A stretch of 59,037 nucleotides of DNA, taken from positions 1 through 59,037 of the forward strand of contig JAPKYT010000109.1 of the NCBI GenBank assembly GCA_026394155.1, given 5' to 3'. Positions 34,468 to 43,555 of the stretch are shown in pieces. The notes below the pieces were generated by a model. The model was not told the DNA's origin. It saw nothing but the letters and a program-made list of their open reading frames with translations, and ran no database searches. This DNA is from a bacterium. GTDB lineage: Bacteria; Electryoneota; RPQS01. Position 1 is the first letter of the stretch. Each line of letters starts with the position of its first letter. The position numbers were made by a program, and so were the translations under genes.

Positions 34468-35804
34468 GCGCTCACCAAGGCCTTGAAGATGCGGCCGCGC
34501 TCTTCGAAGTTGTTGAACTGGTCGAAAGAGGTACAGCCGGGCGAAAGCAAAATCGTGTCGCCGGCACGCGCGGCCGCGCGGGCCAGAGCCAGCGCCGCGC
34601 CGATGTCTTCGGCGGTCTCTACGGGCAGGCCGGCGGGCAACTCGCTCATCATTTTGGGAACCGCGTCGCCAAACACAATCAGCTTTTTGATCGGGTGACC
34701 GAAACGGCCTGCCAACGGCGCGAAAGACTCCTTCTTGGGACGGCCGCCGAACAGCAGAATGACATCACCATCGAAGGAGTCGAGAGCCGTCATGGTCGCC
34801 ACCATGTTCGTGCTCTTCGAGTCGTTGAAATAGGCGACGCCCTCGCGGCTGGTCACGTACTCGATGCGGTGTTCCACGGGCTTGGCGGTGCGCAGCGCAC
34901 GACGCATGGCGCGCATCTCGATGCCGAAGGCATGCGCCGCCGCGGCCGCGGCCAGCGCATTCATCGCGTTATGCCGTCCCTTCAAGGGAAACTCGCTCAG
35001 CGGAAGAATGATCTCGGATTCGCCGTCGCGTCGGCACGCGAGATGATCCGATTCCAGACGGAAGTCGCAGTCCGCGCCTGTGCCGAAGCGAAGAACTCTG
35101 CTGCGAACGCCGCGCGCGATGCGCCGCGCCCCGTCGTCATCACCGTTGATCACCGCGTACTCTTGTTCGGTCTGGTTGCGGAAGAGCCGCGCCTTGAGCT
35201 CGGCGTAGACTTCCATCGTGCCGTGACGGTCGAGGTGGTTCTCGAAGAGATTGAGCAGCACGGCCACCGTCGGCCGCAAGCCCAGCGCATGCTCAAGCTG
35301 AAAGCTGGAGACCTCGACCACAAAGGCCGCTTCCTCCGCGGCGGGCAGCAGACCGCTCCAGGCAGTGCCGACGTTGCCGGCCATGACGGCGCGCAGCCCC
35401 GCCTGCTCGAGCATGGCGGCGATGAGATGGACCGTGGTCGTCTTCCCGTTGGAGCCTGTGACTCCGATCCAACGCCCGGCAAAGACCCGCGCCGCCAATT
35501 CGAGCTCGGACCAGACGGGAGTTTGCCGCTCCTGCCAGACGCGTGCCAGATTCTCCGCCGGCACGACGCCCGGAGAGAGAACGATGAGATCGAACGTCTC
35601 TTGCGCCGTGCGCACGTGCCCGCCGGTCTCGACTTCCACGCCGGTGTCACGCAGCTCCTCCAGTGCGTTCTCCAGCATGGAAGCCGGTTTCAAATCGGAG
35701 ATCAGCGCGCGTCCGCCGAGCCGATGAATGAGCTTTGCGGCGCCGATCCCGCTGCGCGCCATGCCGATGACGGCCACGCGCTTGCCGCGCGGGTCGAACG
35801 GCAT
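34464..35804 (-). CDS. murD: UDP-N-acetylmuramoylalanine--D-glutamate ligase
   Basis: GKRVAVIGMARSG...AKL....G......D, ..W.E.ELA......IGVTGSNGKTTT..L...ML...G......GN.G, NAL.A...A...G, EHR.E.V...GV.. NDSK.TN. Confidence 0.92.
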   Translation of the reverse strand: MPFDPRGKRVAVIGMARSGIGAAKLIHRLGGRALISDLKPASMLENALEELRDTGVEVETGGHVRTAQETFDLIVLSPGVVPAENLARVWQERQTPVWSELELAARVFAGRWIGVTGSNGKTTTVHLIAAMLEQAGLRAVMAGNVGTAWSGLLPAAEEAAFVVEVSSFQLEHALGLRPTVAVLLNLFENHLDRHGTMEVYAELKARLFRNQTEQEYAVINGDDDGARRIARGVRSRVLRFGTGADCDFRLESDHLACRRDGESEIILPLSEFPLKGRHNAMNALAAAAAAHAFGIEMRAMRRALRTAKPVEHRIEYVTSREGVAYFNDSKSTNMVATMTALDSFDGDVILLFGGRPKKESFAPLAGRFGHPIKKLIVFGDAVPKMMSELPAGLPVETAEDIGAALALARAAARAGDTILLSPGCTSFDQFNNFEERGRIFKALVSA

Positions 35805-36923
35805 CTATCGAACCTTGAACATGGTCAGGCTGACCAGAACGAGCAGAACCTGCACAATCCAGAACCGCACAACCACCTTGGATTCATGCCAGCCCAGTTG
35901 CTCGAAGTGATGATGGATGGGCGCCATGCGCAGAATGCGCCGCCCTTCGCCGTACTTGCGCTTCGTGTACTTGAAGTAGGAGCGTTGGAGAATCACGCTC
36001 AGCGCTTCGATCACGAAAATCCCGCCGATCACCAGCAAGAAAAATTCCTTCTTGAGCAGAATGGCCATGGTTCCGAGAGCCGAGCCCAGAGCGAGCGCGC
36101 CCGTGTCTCCCATGAACACCTGCGCCGGATAACCGTTGAACCAAAGAAAGCCGAGGCCGGCGCCCAACAAAGCGGCGCAGAAAATCGTCAGCTCGCCCGC
36201 GCCGTCGAGGTAGATGATGTTGAGGTAGGCGGAGAATTTCACGTTTCCGGTGACGTAGCTCATGACGGCGAAGGCCGCCGCGGCGATGGAGGTCACACCG
36301 ATGGCCAAGCCGTCGAGCCCGTCGGTGAGGTTCACTCCGTTGGATGTGCCCGTGATGACCAGAATGACCATCAGAGGAAAAAGAACGCCGAAGTTGAACA
36401 TCACGTTCTTAAGGAACGGCATCGTGGTGCGTGTCACCTGAGCGGAGAAGTTGTATCCGAAGAGATGGGGATAGAGGAGAATGAACAAAGCGATCAAGAC
36501 GCCGAGGGCGATCTGCCCGAACAGCTTGTAGCGTGCCACCAGTCCCTTCTTCGTCTTGCGCACGGCCTTCAGGTAATCGTCAAAGAATCCTACGGCGCCC
36601 ATCCACAGAAACGCGAGCAGAGTGAGGAGGACGTAGAAATTGGTCAAATTAGCGAACAATAGAGTGGGAACGGCGACCGCCACCAGGATCATCAGTCCGC
36701 CCATGGTCGGCGTTCCGGCTTTGGACAAATGAGTCTGAGGCCCATCGCTGCGAATTTCCTCGCCGATCTGTCGCGCCCGCAAGCGGCGGATCATCCACGG
36801 TCCCACCAGAAAGGAGATGAGCAGGGCGCAGAGCGCAGCCATCGCGGAGCGGAACGTAATGTAGCGGATGAGATTTCCTCCGCTGATCAGGTCCCGCAGT
36901 GGAAGCAATAAGTGGTACAGCAT
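35805..36923 (-). CDS. mraY: phospho-N-acetylmuramoyl-pentapeptide transferase
   Basis: MLYHLLLPL.......NL.RYITFR........ALLIS...GPW.I..L, K.GTPTMGG, DDY.K, NGVNLTDGLDGLA, GD.G.LALG, PIHHHFE..GW.E..VV.RFWI. The ATG at 36923 shares one nt with the murF TAA. Confidence 0.93.
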   Translation of the reverse strand: MLYHLLLPLRDLISGGNLIRYITFRSAMAALCALLISFLVGPWMIRRLRARQIGEEIRSDGPQTHLSKAGTPTMGGLMILVAVAVPTLLFANLTNFYVLLTLLAFLWMGAVGFFDDYLKAVRKTKKGLVARYKLFGQIALGVLIALFILLYPHLFGYNFSAQVTRTTMPFLKNVMFNFGVLFPLMVILVITGTSNGVNLTDGLDGLAIGVTSIAAAAFAVMSYVTGNVKFSAYLNIIYLDGAGELTIFCAALLGAGLGFLWFNGYPAQVFMGDTGALALGSALGTMAILLKKEFFLLVIGGIFVIEALSVILQRSYFKYTKRKYGEGRRILRMAPIHHHFEQLGWHESKVVVRFWIVQVLLVLVSLTMFKVR

Positions 36924-38335
36924 TAGCCGAACAGCTCTTTCACTTGATTCACGACCCGCTCCAGATGCACGGCGCGCGACCCCTTGACCAAGACGGCGTC
37001 TCCCGGACGAAGGAGAGAAGTTAGAGAACGTGCCACTTCCTCGCAATCCGCGAAAGCATGAGATTCGACGCCGCTCTGCCGCGCCTCCCCGGTGAACAGA
37101 CCCGCGTATCGTCCGACGAACAGAGCCAGAGCGACCCCGTACTTCGGGAGCTGTCGCGCCAGATCGCGGTGTTCATCTTCGGCCGCCCCGCCCAGTTCGT
37201 TCATGTCTCCTAACACCGCGACTTTGCGGGCCGCCGACATCAAAGACAGAGTCTCCAGCGCGGCCCGCATGCTGTCGGGGTTTGCGTTGTAGCTGTCATC
37301 CAGCAGCAGGATCTTCCCCACGATCTCGACGGACGCGCGCCCCGGAATGGCCCTCCACTGCTCAATCGCCTCCGCGCAATCGGCCGGTGGAATTCCGAAA
37401 TGCCGGGCCACGGTGAGCGCGGCCAACGCCGTTAGTGCCGCCGGACGACCGGGAACGCTCAAACGAATGGGAACCGTCTCGAAATCGAAGCGGGCGCACC
37501 CGCGCGCGTCGAAGGACACGTTCGATGCGCCGTGAAACTTCGCGTTCCAGTCGGCGGCCGGAGTGTAAAATCCGTAACCAATGCGACGCCGGCAGGTCGC
37601 CGACTCCGAGCGGCACATCGCGTCGTCCGTCGGGACGAAAGCCACTCCGCTCTGGGCCACGAAATCGTAAAGTTCCCCCTTCGTGCTCGCCACAGTTGCA
37701 ACGTCGCCGAATCCTTCGAGGTGCGCCTTGGCGATGGAGGTTACGAGACCGTGCGTGGGCCGAGCGATGTCGCACAACACGCGAATGTCCCCGCGGTGCG
37801 AAGCGCCCATTTCGAAGACCGCGAATCCCGAATCCCGCCGGGTGCTCAACACGGTGAGCGGCACGCCGATTTCGTTGTTCAAGTTGCCTTCCGTTCCGGC
37901 GGCGGGTGCGGAAAGCGAAAGCACGCGGCGGATCAAGTCCTTGGTGGACGTCTTGCCGTTCGTGCCGGTGACGCCGATCACGGGGAAAGAAAGGTTCTCA
38001 CGCCACGCACGCGCCGCTTGTTGCAGATCACGGTAAGTGTCGTGCACGCCGATGAGGCGTTCACGAATCGCGGCTGCCCCGGCCGAAGTCTTCCATGTTT
38101 CGCACACCACCGCCGCCTTGGCACCGCGAGCGAAAGCATCGCCCATGAATTCATGACCATCGCGTTGCGCTTTCAAGGCCCAGAACACATCGCCGCGATG
38201 AAGCGTTCGCGTGTCAATGGAAAGCGGGCCGAGTTCCGTATTCGGATCCAGTGCGGGCCGCGAAGCTCGCAGAGTTTCGCACAGCCAGCCCACGGTCGGC
38301 AGGATCACCGCGCGTACCCCGCGCGTTGAAGCCAC
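36923..38335 (-). CDS. murF: UDP-N-acetylmuramoyl-tripeptide--D-alanyl-D-alanine ligase
   Basis: IDTR.L..GD.F.AL......GH.F...A...GA.A.V, IGVTGTNGKTSTKDL, E.G....G.I..L..IA.PT.G..T.I..AHLEGFG, DSYNANPDSM.AAL..L, ..LGDM.ELG. Confidence 0.9.
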   Translation of the reverse strand: MASTRGVRAVILPTVGWLCETLRASRPALDPNTELGPLSIDTRTLHRGDVFWALKAQRDGHEFMGDAFARGAKAAVVCETWKTSAGAAAIRERLIGVHDTYRDLQQAARAWRENLSFPVIGVTGTNGKTSTKDLIRRVLSLSAPAAGTEGNLNNEIGVPLTVLSTRRDSGFAVFEMGASHRGDIRVLCDIARPTHGLVTSIAKAHLEGFGDVATVASTKGELYDFVAQSGVAFVPTDDAMCRSESATCRRRIGYGFYTPAADWNAKFHGASNVSFDARGCARFDFETVPIRLSVPGRPAALTALAALTVARHFGIPPADCAEAIEQWRAIPGRASVEIVGKILLLDDSYNANPDSMRAALETLSLMSAARKVAVLGDMNELGGAAEDEHRDLARQLPKYGVALALFVGRYAGLFTGEARQSGVESHAFADCEEVARSLTSLLRPGDAVLVKGSRAVHLERVVNQVKELFG

Positions 38336-39786
38336 TCCAGCGCCACTCGCCGGTCATCGAAAGGATGCTGCACCCCCTGGATCTCCTGATACGCTTCATG
38401 CCCCTTGCCGGCAATCAGCACGATGTCTCCCTCGTGCGCTTCCCGCAGCGCCGAATCAATGGCGGCCCGGCGATCCGCGTTGCGGAAGTAGTGACTGTCC
38501 TGAGGAAGACCGGCCGCCATGTCGTCGAGAATCGTCTCGGGGTCCTCGCTGCGCGGGTTGTCGCTCGTCAGAAACAGAACGTCGCTCAGCCGGAAACAAA
38601 CCTCGGCCATAAGCGGACGCTTGCCTCGATCGCGGTCGCCGCCGGCGCCGATCACGGTGAGCATGCGGCGCGGACTCAGATTGCGCAGCGTGGACAGGAT
38701 TTTCTCCAAAGCGTCCGGCGTGTGCGCGTAGTCCACAATCACCGTGAACGGAGCAGAGGAGGGGACGATCTCCGCGCGACCGCGCGCCGGCCGCGATTCA
38801 CGCAAGGCATCTCGCACCGTTGGCAGGGGAACTCCCAACAAATGCGCCGAGGCGGTCACCGCCAGCAAGTTGTAAACGTTGAAGCGGCCGATCAACGGAG
38901 CCTCAATGGTGATCTGGGTTCCGGCCGCCGACACGTCGAACTTCACGGCTTGGCGAGTGAGACGGACGTTGGTCGCGCGATAGTCGGCGGCGTTGTCCAC
39001 CGCGTAGGTCACGAGTCTGCCGCGAGTGGCGCTGATGAAGTGTGAGGCCTGCGGATCGTCCGCGTTCACCACCGCGTATCCGCCTTCCGCCTGCTCGCGA
39101 AAGAGCCGCAGCTTGGCTTGGCGGTAGTTCTCCTCCGAGCCGTGATAATCCAGATGGTCGCGAGTCAGATTGGTGAACACGGTTACGCGGAACGGCAGCT
39201 GCCACGTGCGCTCGAGATCAATGCCGATGGACGATGTTTCCATCACCAGATGACGAAACCCCTGATCGAGCATGGCGGCGAAGTGCGCGGCTAAGTCCAC
39301 CGATTCGGGAGTGGTGCGCGCCGTGTCCACCGCCACGTTTCCATAGTAGATTCCCAGAGTACCGGCCAGGCCGGCGGGATGACCCGCGCGTTCCAGCACG
39401 TCGCGCAGAAGGAAAGCGATCGTCGTCTTGCCGTTGGTTCCCGTGATGCCGGTCATCGTCAGGCTGCGCTCGGGATGATCGTAGAAGCTCCATGCCAGCT
39501 CGGCCAGAGCTCTGCGCGCGTGTGGAACCTCGACGAACGGCACCGCGAGCGATTCAGTTGGAACCCGCTCGCCGGCGACAGCCGCGGCCCCGCGCTGTAC
39601 AGCGTCGCGAACGAACTGCGCGCCGTCCGCCTGAAGTCCGCGCATCGCCACGAACAGACTGCCGCCCGTCACCCGGCGCGAATCGTACTCCACGGAAGTA
39701 ATCATCGGGTCGCCGCGGCCGTGAAGCCGGGCGGACGCGATGTCGGCCAGCAGAGCGTTCAGACTCTTGCGGCGCCCGCTCATCAA
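38305..39786 (-). CDS. murE: UDP-N-acetylmuramoyl-L-alanyl-D-glutamate--2,6-diaminopimelate ligase
   Basis: DSR.V..GSLFVA..G...DG..F...A...GA.AV, GITGTNGKTT..FLL, TTPE...L......M...G.....ME.SS......R, .FTNL.RDHLDYHG, VDYAHTPDALE, GAGGDRD.GKRP.M, DNPR.EDP (the DNPR motif is typical of the mDAP-adding enzyme). Confidence 0.92.
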   Translation of the reverse strand: MMSGRRKSLNALLADIASARLHGRGDPMITSVEYDSRRVTGGSLFVAMRGLQADGAQFVRDAVQRGAAAVAGERVPTESLAVPFVEVPHARRALAELAWSFYDHPERSLTMTGITGTNGKTTIAFLLRDVLERAGHPAGLAGTLGIYYGNVAVDTARTTPESVDLAAHFAAMLDQGFRHLVMETSSIGIDLERTWQLPFRVTVFTNLTRDHLDYHGSEENYRQAKLRLFREQAEGGYAVVNADDPQASHFISATRGRLVTYAVDNAADYRATNVRLTRQAVKFDVSAAGTQITIEAPLIGRFNVYNLLAVTASAHLLGVPLPTVRDALRESRPARGRAEIVPSSAPFTVIVDYAHTPDALEKILSTLRNLSPRRMLTVIGAGGDRDRGKRPLMAEVCFRLSDVLFLTSDNPRSEDPETILDDMAAGLPQDSHYFRNADRRAAIDSALREAHEGDIVLIAGKGHEAYQEIQGVQHPFDDRRVALEWLQRAGYAR

Positions 39787-41784
39787 TCAGTCCGCGATGC
39801 CGCGCAGTTCGCACGTTGTTCCCGCGGGCACGACGGTCCCGGCCGGCGGGAATTGCTCCACGACCACGCGGCTGCCGGTGAGCACGAAACTCAGACTGCG
39901 CCTCGAAAGCTCCTGAACAGCCTGCCGAAGCGGCCAGCCTTGCAGCGCCGGAACCTGCACCCAGAGTGAATCGGTCACCGGAGACAGAGACGAGTTGGCT
40001 TCGACGTGCGCACTGGCCAAGTACACCGTGGAATAACGGATGAGGTCGTCGGTGCCGCTGGGCGAGGGAGCGTTCGACAAAGCCATTTGTCGGGGAGCCG
40101 CCGGCGCGGCGAAATCGCGCGGGCGCGTGAGCAGAAACTCCTCCACCACCGCGCGGAAGACGGGCGCAGCCACCGCCGCGCCGTAGTATTCTCCTTGGGG
40201 ATCGTCCACCATCACCAGTAATACGTAACGCGGATTCTCCGCCGGAAAGAATCCGACAAACGACGAGAGGTAGCGGTCGGCAAAATAGCGCTTGTGCTCC
40301 CGGTCCACCTTCTCGGCGGTTCCGGTTTTGCCGGCGATGCGCACACCGTCCACGCGCGCGGATTTGCCGGTGCCGTATTCCACCGCGCCCACCAGCATCT
40401 CGGTCAACTCGCGTGCCACCCGTTCGGGCAAGACGCGCCGGATGGTTTCGGACGGGTAAACGTGGCGCGTGCCGGAGGGGAAATCCACCGCATGCACCAA
40501 CCGCGGCTTCATCAGCACGCCGCCGTTGGCCACCGCGGAGTACGCCATGACCACCTGCAGCGGCGTGCAGGAAATGCCTTGGCCGAACGCCAGTGTGGCC
40601 TGCGTCGGCCCGCTCCACGACGAAGGAGAAGGCACGACCCCCGGCTGCTCACCGGCGATTTCGATTTGCGTAACGTTGCCGAATCCGAACGCGCGCAGCT
40701 TGTCGTAGATTTCCGAAGGAGAGAACCGCTGGCAAATCTTGGCGGCCCCGATGTTCGAGGAGAGTGCCAGCACTTCCTCCACGGTCAGCGAACCGTGCGC
40801 ATGAGAGTCATGGATCACCGCGCCGCGCACCGGATAAGAGCCGTTTTCGCAGAAAATGCGCGTGTCGCGGGTCAGCCGGCCGCTCTCCAGAGCCTTGGCA
40901 ACGGGAACGATCTTGAGCGTGGAGCCCGGTTCCACCACGTCGGTCACCGGCCAGCAGCGGCGATGCTGCGACGGAGCATCACCGGGAGCGTTGAGATCAT
41001 AACTGGGCAGTGTGGCCAGCGCCACGATGTCACCGCTCCGCGGATCCACCATGATGGCACACGCGCGCTCGAAGGTCTTGCCCTTGAGTCCCTCGCGCAA
41101 TTCGTCCTCGACAATGGTCTGAAGCTGCAGGTCAATGGTCAAGGTCACGTTCGCGCCGCGATACTCCGCCGGAACCGGTGAAATGGGCGCGATGGCTTTA
41201 CGCAGCGCGTCCACACGGCAGAGTTCGCGATAACCCTCCCCCGAGAGTTCATCGTTCATGGAGGCCTCGATTCCCTCTGCGCCGCTGCCGTCCACGTTGG
41301 CAAAGCCTACCACCACCGCCGCCGAGCCGGTGGAAGGATACGTTCGCCGCGGCTCCTCGTCGAACTGGAAACAGCCCAGTCGTAGGGTCTCGAGCGTCAG
41401 CTTGGTTTGCCAATCCACCCGCCGAGCCAGATAAGCAAAACCGGGCGACGTCAACTTGTCGCGCAGCTCGCGCCGCGGTTTCGATATTTGCGCAGCGAGT
41501 GTGCCCGCCAACTTGTCAAAATCAAGAACGAAGGCCGGCCGGTAACCGACCGCGTAGGCGAGCGGCAGCGTCACTGCCAGCGGCCGGCCGCTGCGGTCGC
41601 GAATCTCGCCGCGCGCGGGTTGCTGGAACTTGGTCAGCAGCGACTGCGCGCGAGCCATCGCGCTCCATTGCGCATGCTGAACGATTTGTATCTGCACCAG
41701 CCGCGCGGCGAAAATCGCCATGGTCGCCAGCAGCATCGCGGCCAGCGCGCGCTCACGGGCGCGGAGTCGGTGCGGACCGTTCAT
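39787..41784 (-). CDS. ftsI: class B penicillin-binding protein FtsI (transpeptidase) with a C-terminal PASTA domain
   Basis: N-terminal TM, dimerisation domain, transpeptidase motifs EPGSTLK (SxxK), SSN, KTGTA (KTG). The final ~65 aa (VPALQGWPLRQAVQELSRRSLSFVLTGSRVVVEQFPPAGTVVPAGTTCEL) have the PASTA pattern. Confidence 0.9.
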   Translation of the reverse strand: MNGPHRLRARERALAAMLLATMAIFAARLVQIQIVQHAQWSAMARAQSLLTKFQQPARGEIRDRSGRPLAVTLPLAYAVGYRPAFVLDFDKLAGTLAAQISKPRRELRDKLTSPGFAYLARRVDWQTKLTLETLRLGCFQFDEEPRRTYPSTGSAAVVVGFANVDGSGAEGIEASMNDELSGEGYRELCRVDALRKAIAPISPVPAEYRGANVTLTIDLQLQTIVEDELREGLKGKTFERACAIMVDPRSGDIVALATLPSYDLNAPGDAPSQHRRCWPVTDVVEPGSTLKIVPVAKALESGRLTRDTRIFCENGSYPVRGAVIHDSHAHGSLTVEEVLALSSNIGAAKICQRFSPSEIYDKLRAFGFGNVTQIEIAGEQPGVVPSPSSWSGPTQATLAFGQGISCTPLQVVMAYSAVANGGVLMKPRLVHAVDFPSGTRHVYPSETIRRVLPERVARELTEMLVGAVEYGTGKSARVDGVRIAGKTGTAEKVDREHKRYFADRYLSSFVGFFPAENPRYVLLVMVDDPQGEYYGAAVAAPVFRAVVEEFLLTRPRDFAAPAAPRQMALSNAPSPSGTDDLIRYSTVYLASAHVEANSSLSPVTDSLWVQVPALQGWPLRQAVQELSRRSLSFVLTGSRVVVEQFPPAGTVVPAGTTCELRGIAD

Positions 41785-42187
41785 CGTGAATCACTCCCAA
41801 CAAACCGGCTTCTTCTTTGGCGGCGGGCGACAGGGCGCTCTCGGGAATGGTCACGGTGGCCACGCGCTCGGTGGCGGCGCGCCATCCTCTTTTCTCCAAA
41901 GCCCACTTGGCGATGCGCCCGTATGAGGATTCGAACTTGATCTGTCCTTCGAGTTGCTGAATCTCCTTCTGCAACATCTCGATTCCCGAGCGTTGCAGCC
42001 CCACGTCCAGCGTGAGCCGTTCGTTGACCAGATTCCGCCAAGTAATCGCCAATGCCACAACTCCGGCCAGAACGATCAGTGCCATCAAACGCACCACCGG
42101 AAGCTGGCGGCGAATCACTCGCGGCAGCTTCTTGGGGCGGTAGATGGAAGAGGGAACGGGGGCGGGATAGGCCATTTCCGGCTTCAC
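41753..42187 (-). CDS. ftsL: FtsL-like cell division protein
   Basis: Position is between rsmH and ftsI. Single TM (LMALIVLAGVVALAITW) followed by a coiled coil (GIEMLQKEIQQLEGQIKF). No stronger sequence signature. Confidence 0.65.
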   Translation of the reverse strand: MKPEMAYPAPVPSSIYRPKKLPRVIRRQLPVVRLMALIVLAGVVALAITWRNLVNERLTLDVGLQRSGIEMLQKEIQQLEGQIKFESSYGRIAKWALEKRGWRAATERVATVTIPESALSPAAKEEAGLLGVIHDERSAPTPRP

Positions 42188-43152
42188 TTCATCTTCTCAA
42201 TGGCTCGCAACTTGGCGCTGCGAGCGCGCGGATTGCGGGCGACTTCATCGTCGTCCGGTGTCAGCGGCTTCCTCAGGAGCAGCCGTCCGCACGGCGGCTG
42301 ATCCTCGGCGAACGGGTCCCGCGCGTCGCGCACCGGCGCGGCCAGCGCTTTCATAAACGTCTTGGTGATCCGGTCTTCGAGAGAGTGATAGGTAATGACC
42401 ACCAATCGGCCGTCGGGCCGCAGCAGGTGCCATGCTGTCTCCAAGCCGCGCGAAAGCTCGCTCAGTTCGTCGTTGACGGCGATGCGCAAGGCCTGAAAAA
42501 CCCGTGCGAGGCTTTTGGTCCGGGTGGCGGCCACGCTGTGGGAGATCACGTGAGCCAGAGCTTCGGTTGTCTCGATAGTCTCCCGAAGCCTCGCCGCCAC
42601 CACCGCTCGGGCGATGCGGCGGGCCTGCGGATCTTCGCCATAGTCCCATATCAGCCTTATCAATTCATCCGCGGACAGCCGCGCGAGCAATTGAGCCGCC
42701 GTCTCCCCCCGGCTCTGATCCATCCGCAGATCGAGCGGGCCTGCATAGCGGTGGCTGAAGCCGCGCTCGGGAGTGTCCAACTGATGGGAGGACACTCCCA
42801 AGTCCATGAGCACCCCGGCTGCTCCGTCTGCCACAAGAGGCCGCAGCGGCGGCTCTGCCTCGGAAAAGCGGCATTGGAACAGGGAGACCGCATGCGGCAG
42901 AGCAGTCCGGGCCTGAAAAAGAGCGTCGCCGTCCCGGTCACATCCTATAAGCCGGCCGCGCGCGCCAAGCCGCCGCAGGATGAGGACGCTGTGGCCCCCG
43001 CCGCCGACCGTCAAGTCAACGTAGACAGCCTCCGGATCGGTGACCAGCATGTCCACGGCCTGTGCGGCCAGAACAGGTACATGAAATGCGGAGGCTGGCG
43101 CAGTGTTCAAGGAGATCGTGAAATCGGAGTTGCGGTCGCTGAAACCGAACAA
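42184..43152 (-). CDS. rsmH: 16S rRNA (cytosine1402-N4)-methyltransferase
   Basis: HVPVL...AVDML.......YVD.T.GGGGHS..IL, D.D.DAL, ..G.L.DLGVSS.QLD...RGFS......PLDMRMD, ..I.......EE....IAR.IV..R, R.FQALRI.VN.EL, ..V.I.YHSLEDR..K.F. The true start is uncertain: TTG at 43152 has no convincing RBS. Confidence 0.88.
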   Translation of the reverse strand: MFGFSDRNSDFTISLNTAPASAFHVPVLAAQAVDMLVTDPEAVYVDLTVGGGGHSVLILRRLGARGRLIGCDRDGDALFQARTALPHAVSLFQCRFSEAEPPLRPLVADGAAGVLMDLGVSSHQLDTPERGFSHRYAGPLDLRMDQSRGETAAQLLARLSADELIRLIWDYGEDPQARRIARAVVAARLRETIETTEALAHVISHSVAATRTKSLARVFQALRIAVNDELSELSRGLETAWHLLRPDGRLVVITYHSLEDRITKTFMKALAAPVRDARDPFAEDQPPCGRLLLRKPLTPDDDEVARNPRARSAKLRAIEKMK

Positions 43153-43230
43153 AGGAGGGAGACAAAATGCCGCTGCTCAAACCGTGCGTGTGGGAGGCTG
43201 GTCTTGGAGATTTGAGCAGAAGTTGCTACA

Positions 43231-43554
43231 TTAAGAAGCAACCGAAAAAATGGGTTCCCCGCAGCCCGTCTGCGGACGAGCTGCGGGGGTCTCCGCCGAC
43301 AGGCGGATGGCGCAATTGCTGAGTGTGCGGGCCGGGGGAAGACCCGCGTTGCCGAAAATATCTCTTAGCGAACGCTGCACGGCGGGCCCGAGAGGTGCGG
43401 CTCGGCTAAAGTCCACAATGAACGTGCAGCAGCCGCGCCGCCGGAAGTGGGAGAGAATCGCGCGCAGTTGATCGAACTCGCCTTGACGGAACTTCCCGTG
43501 CAGGGCAATGGTCACTTCGAGACGAGCCTGATGAATGTCGGCATGCAGTCCCAT
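43231..43554 (-). CDS. hypothetical small protein, STAS/anti-sigma-antagonist-like by eye; inserted between mraZ and rsmH
   Basis: The ATG at 43554 is 1 nt after the mraZ stop (TGA-C-ATG). LEVTIALHGKFRQGEFDQLRAILSHFRRRGCCTFIVDFSRAAPLGPAVQRSLRDIF resembles the STAS pattern (..L.G.LD......L...L.......V.DLS.V..IDS.G...L). Only the ORF and its position support it, so it may be non-coding. Confidence 0.35.
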   Translation of the reverse strand: MGLHADIHQARLEVTIALHGKFRQGEFDQLRAILSHFRRRGCCTFIVDFSRAAPLGPAVQRSLRDIFGNAGLPPARTLSNCAIRLSAETPAARPQTGCGEPIFSVAS

Positions 43555-43555
43555 G

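Noticed and set aside
43167-43322. Plus-strand 51-codon ORF (MPLLKPCVWEAGLGDL...) preceded by a perfect AAAGGAGGG Shine-Dalgarno, antisense to the mraZ-rsmH spacer.
   Set aside because: It would have to be transcribed head-on into the dcw operon. It has no promoter candidate and no recognisable protein features. The SD-like string is simply the complement of a pyrimidine tract at the rsmH 5' end. I retain it only as an alternative to the STAS-like ORF call.
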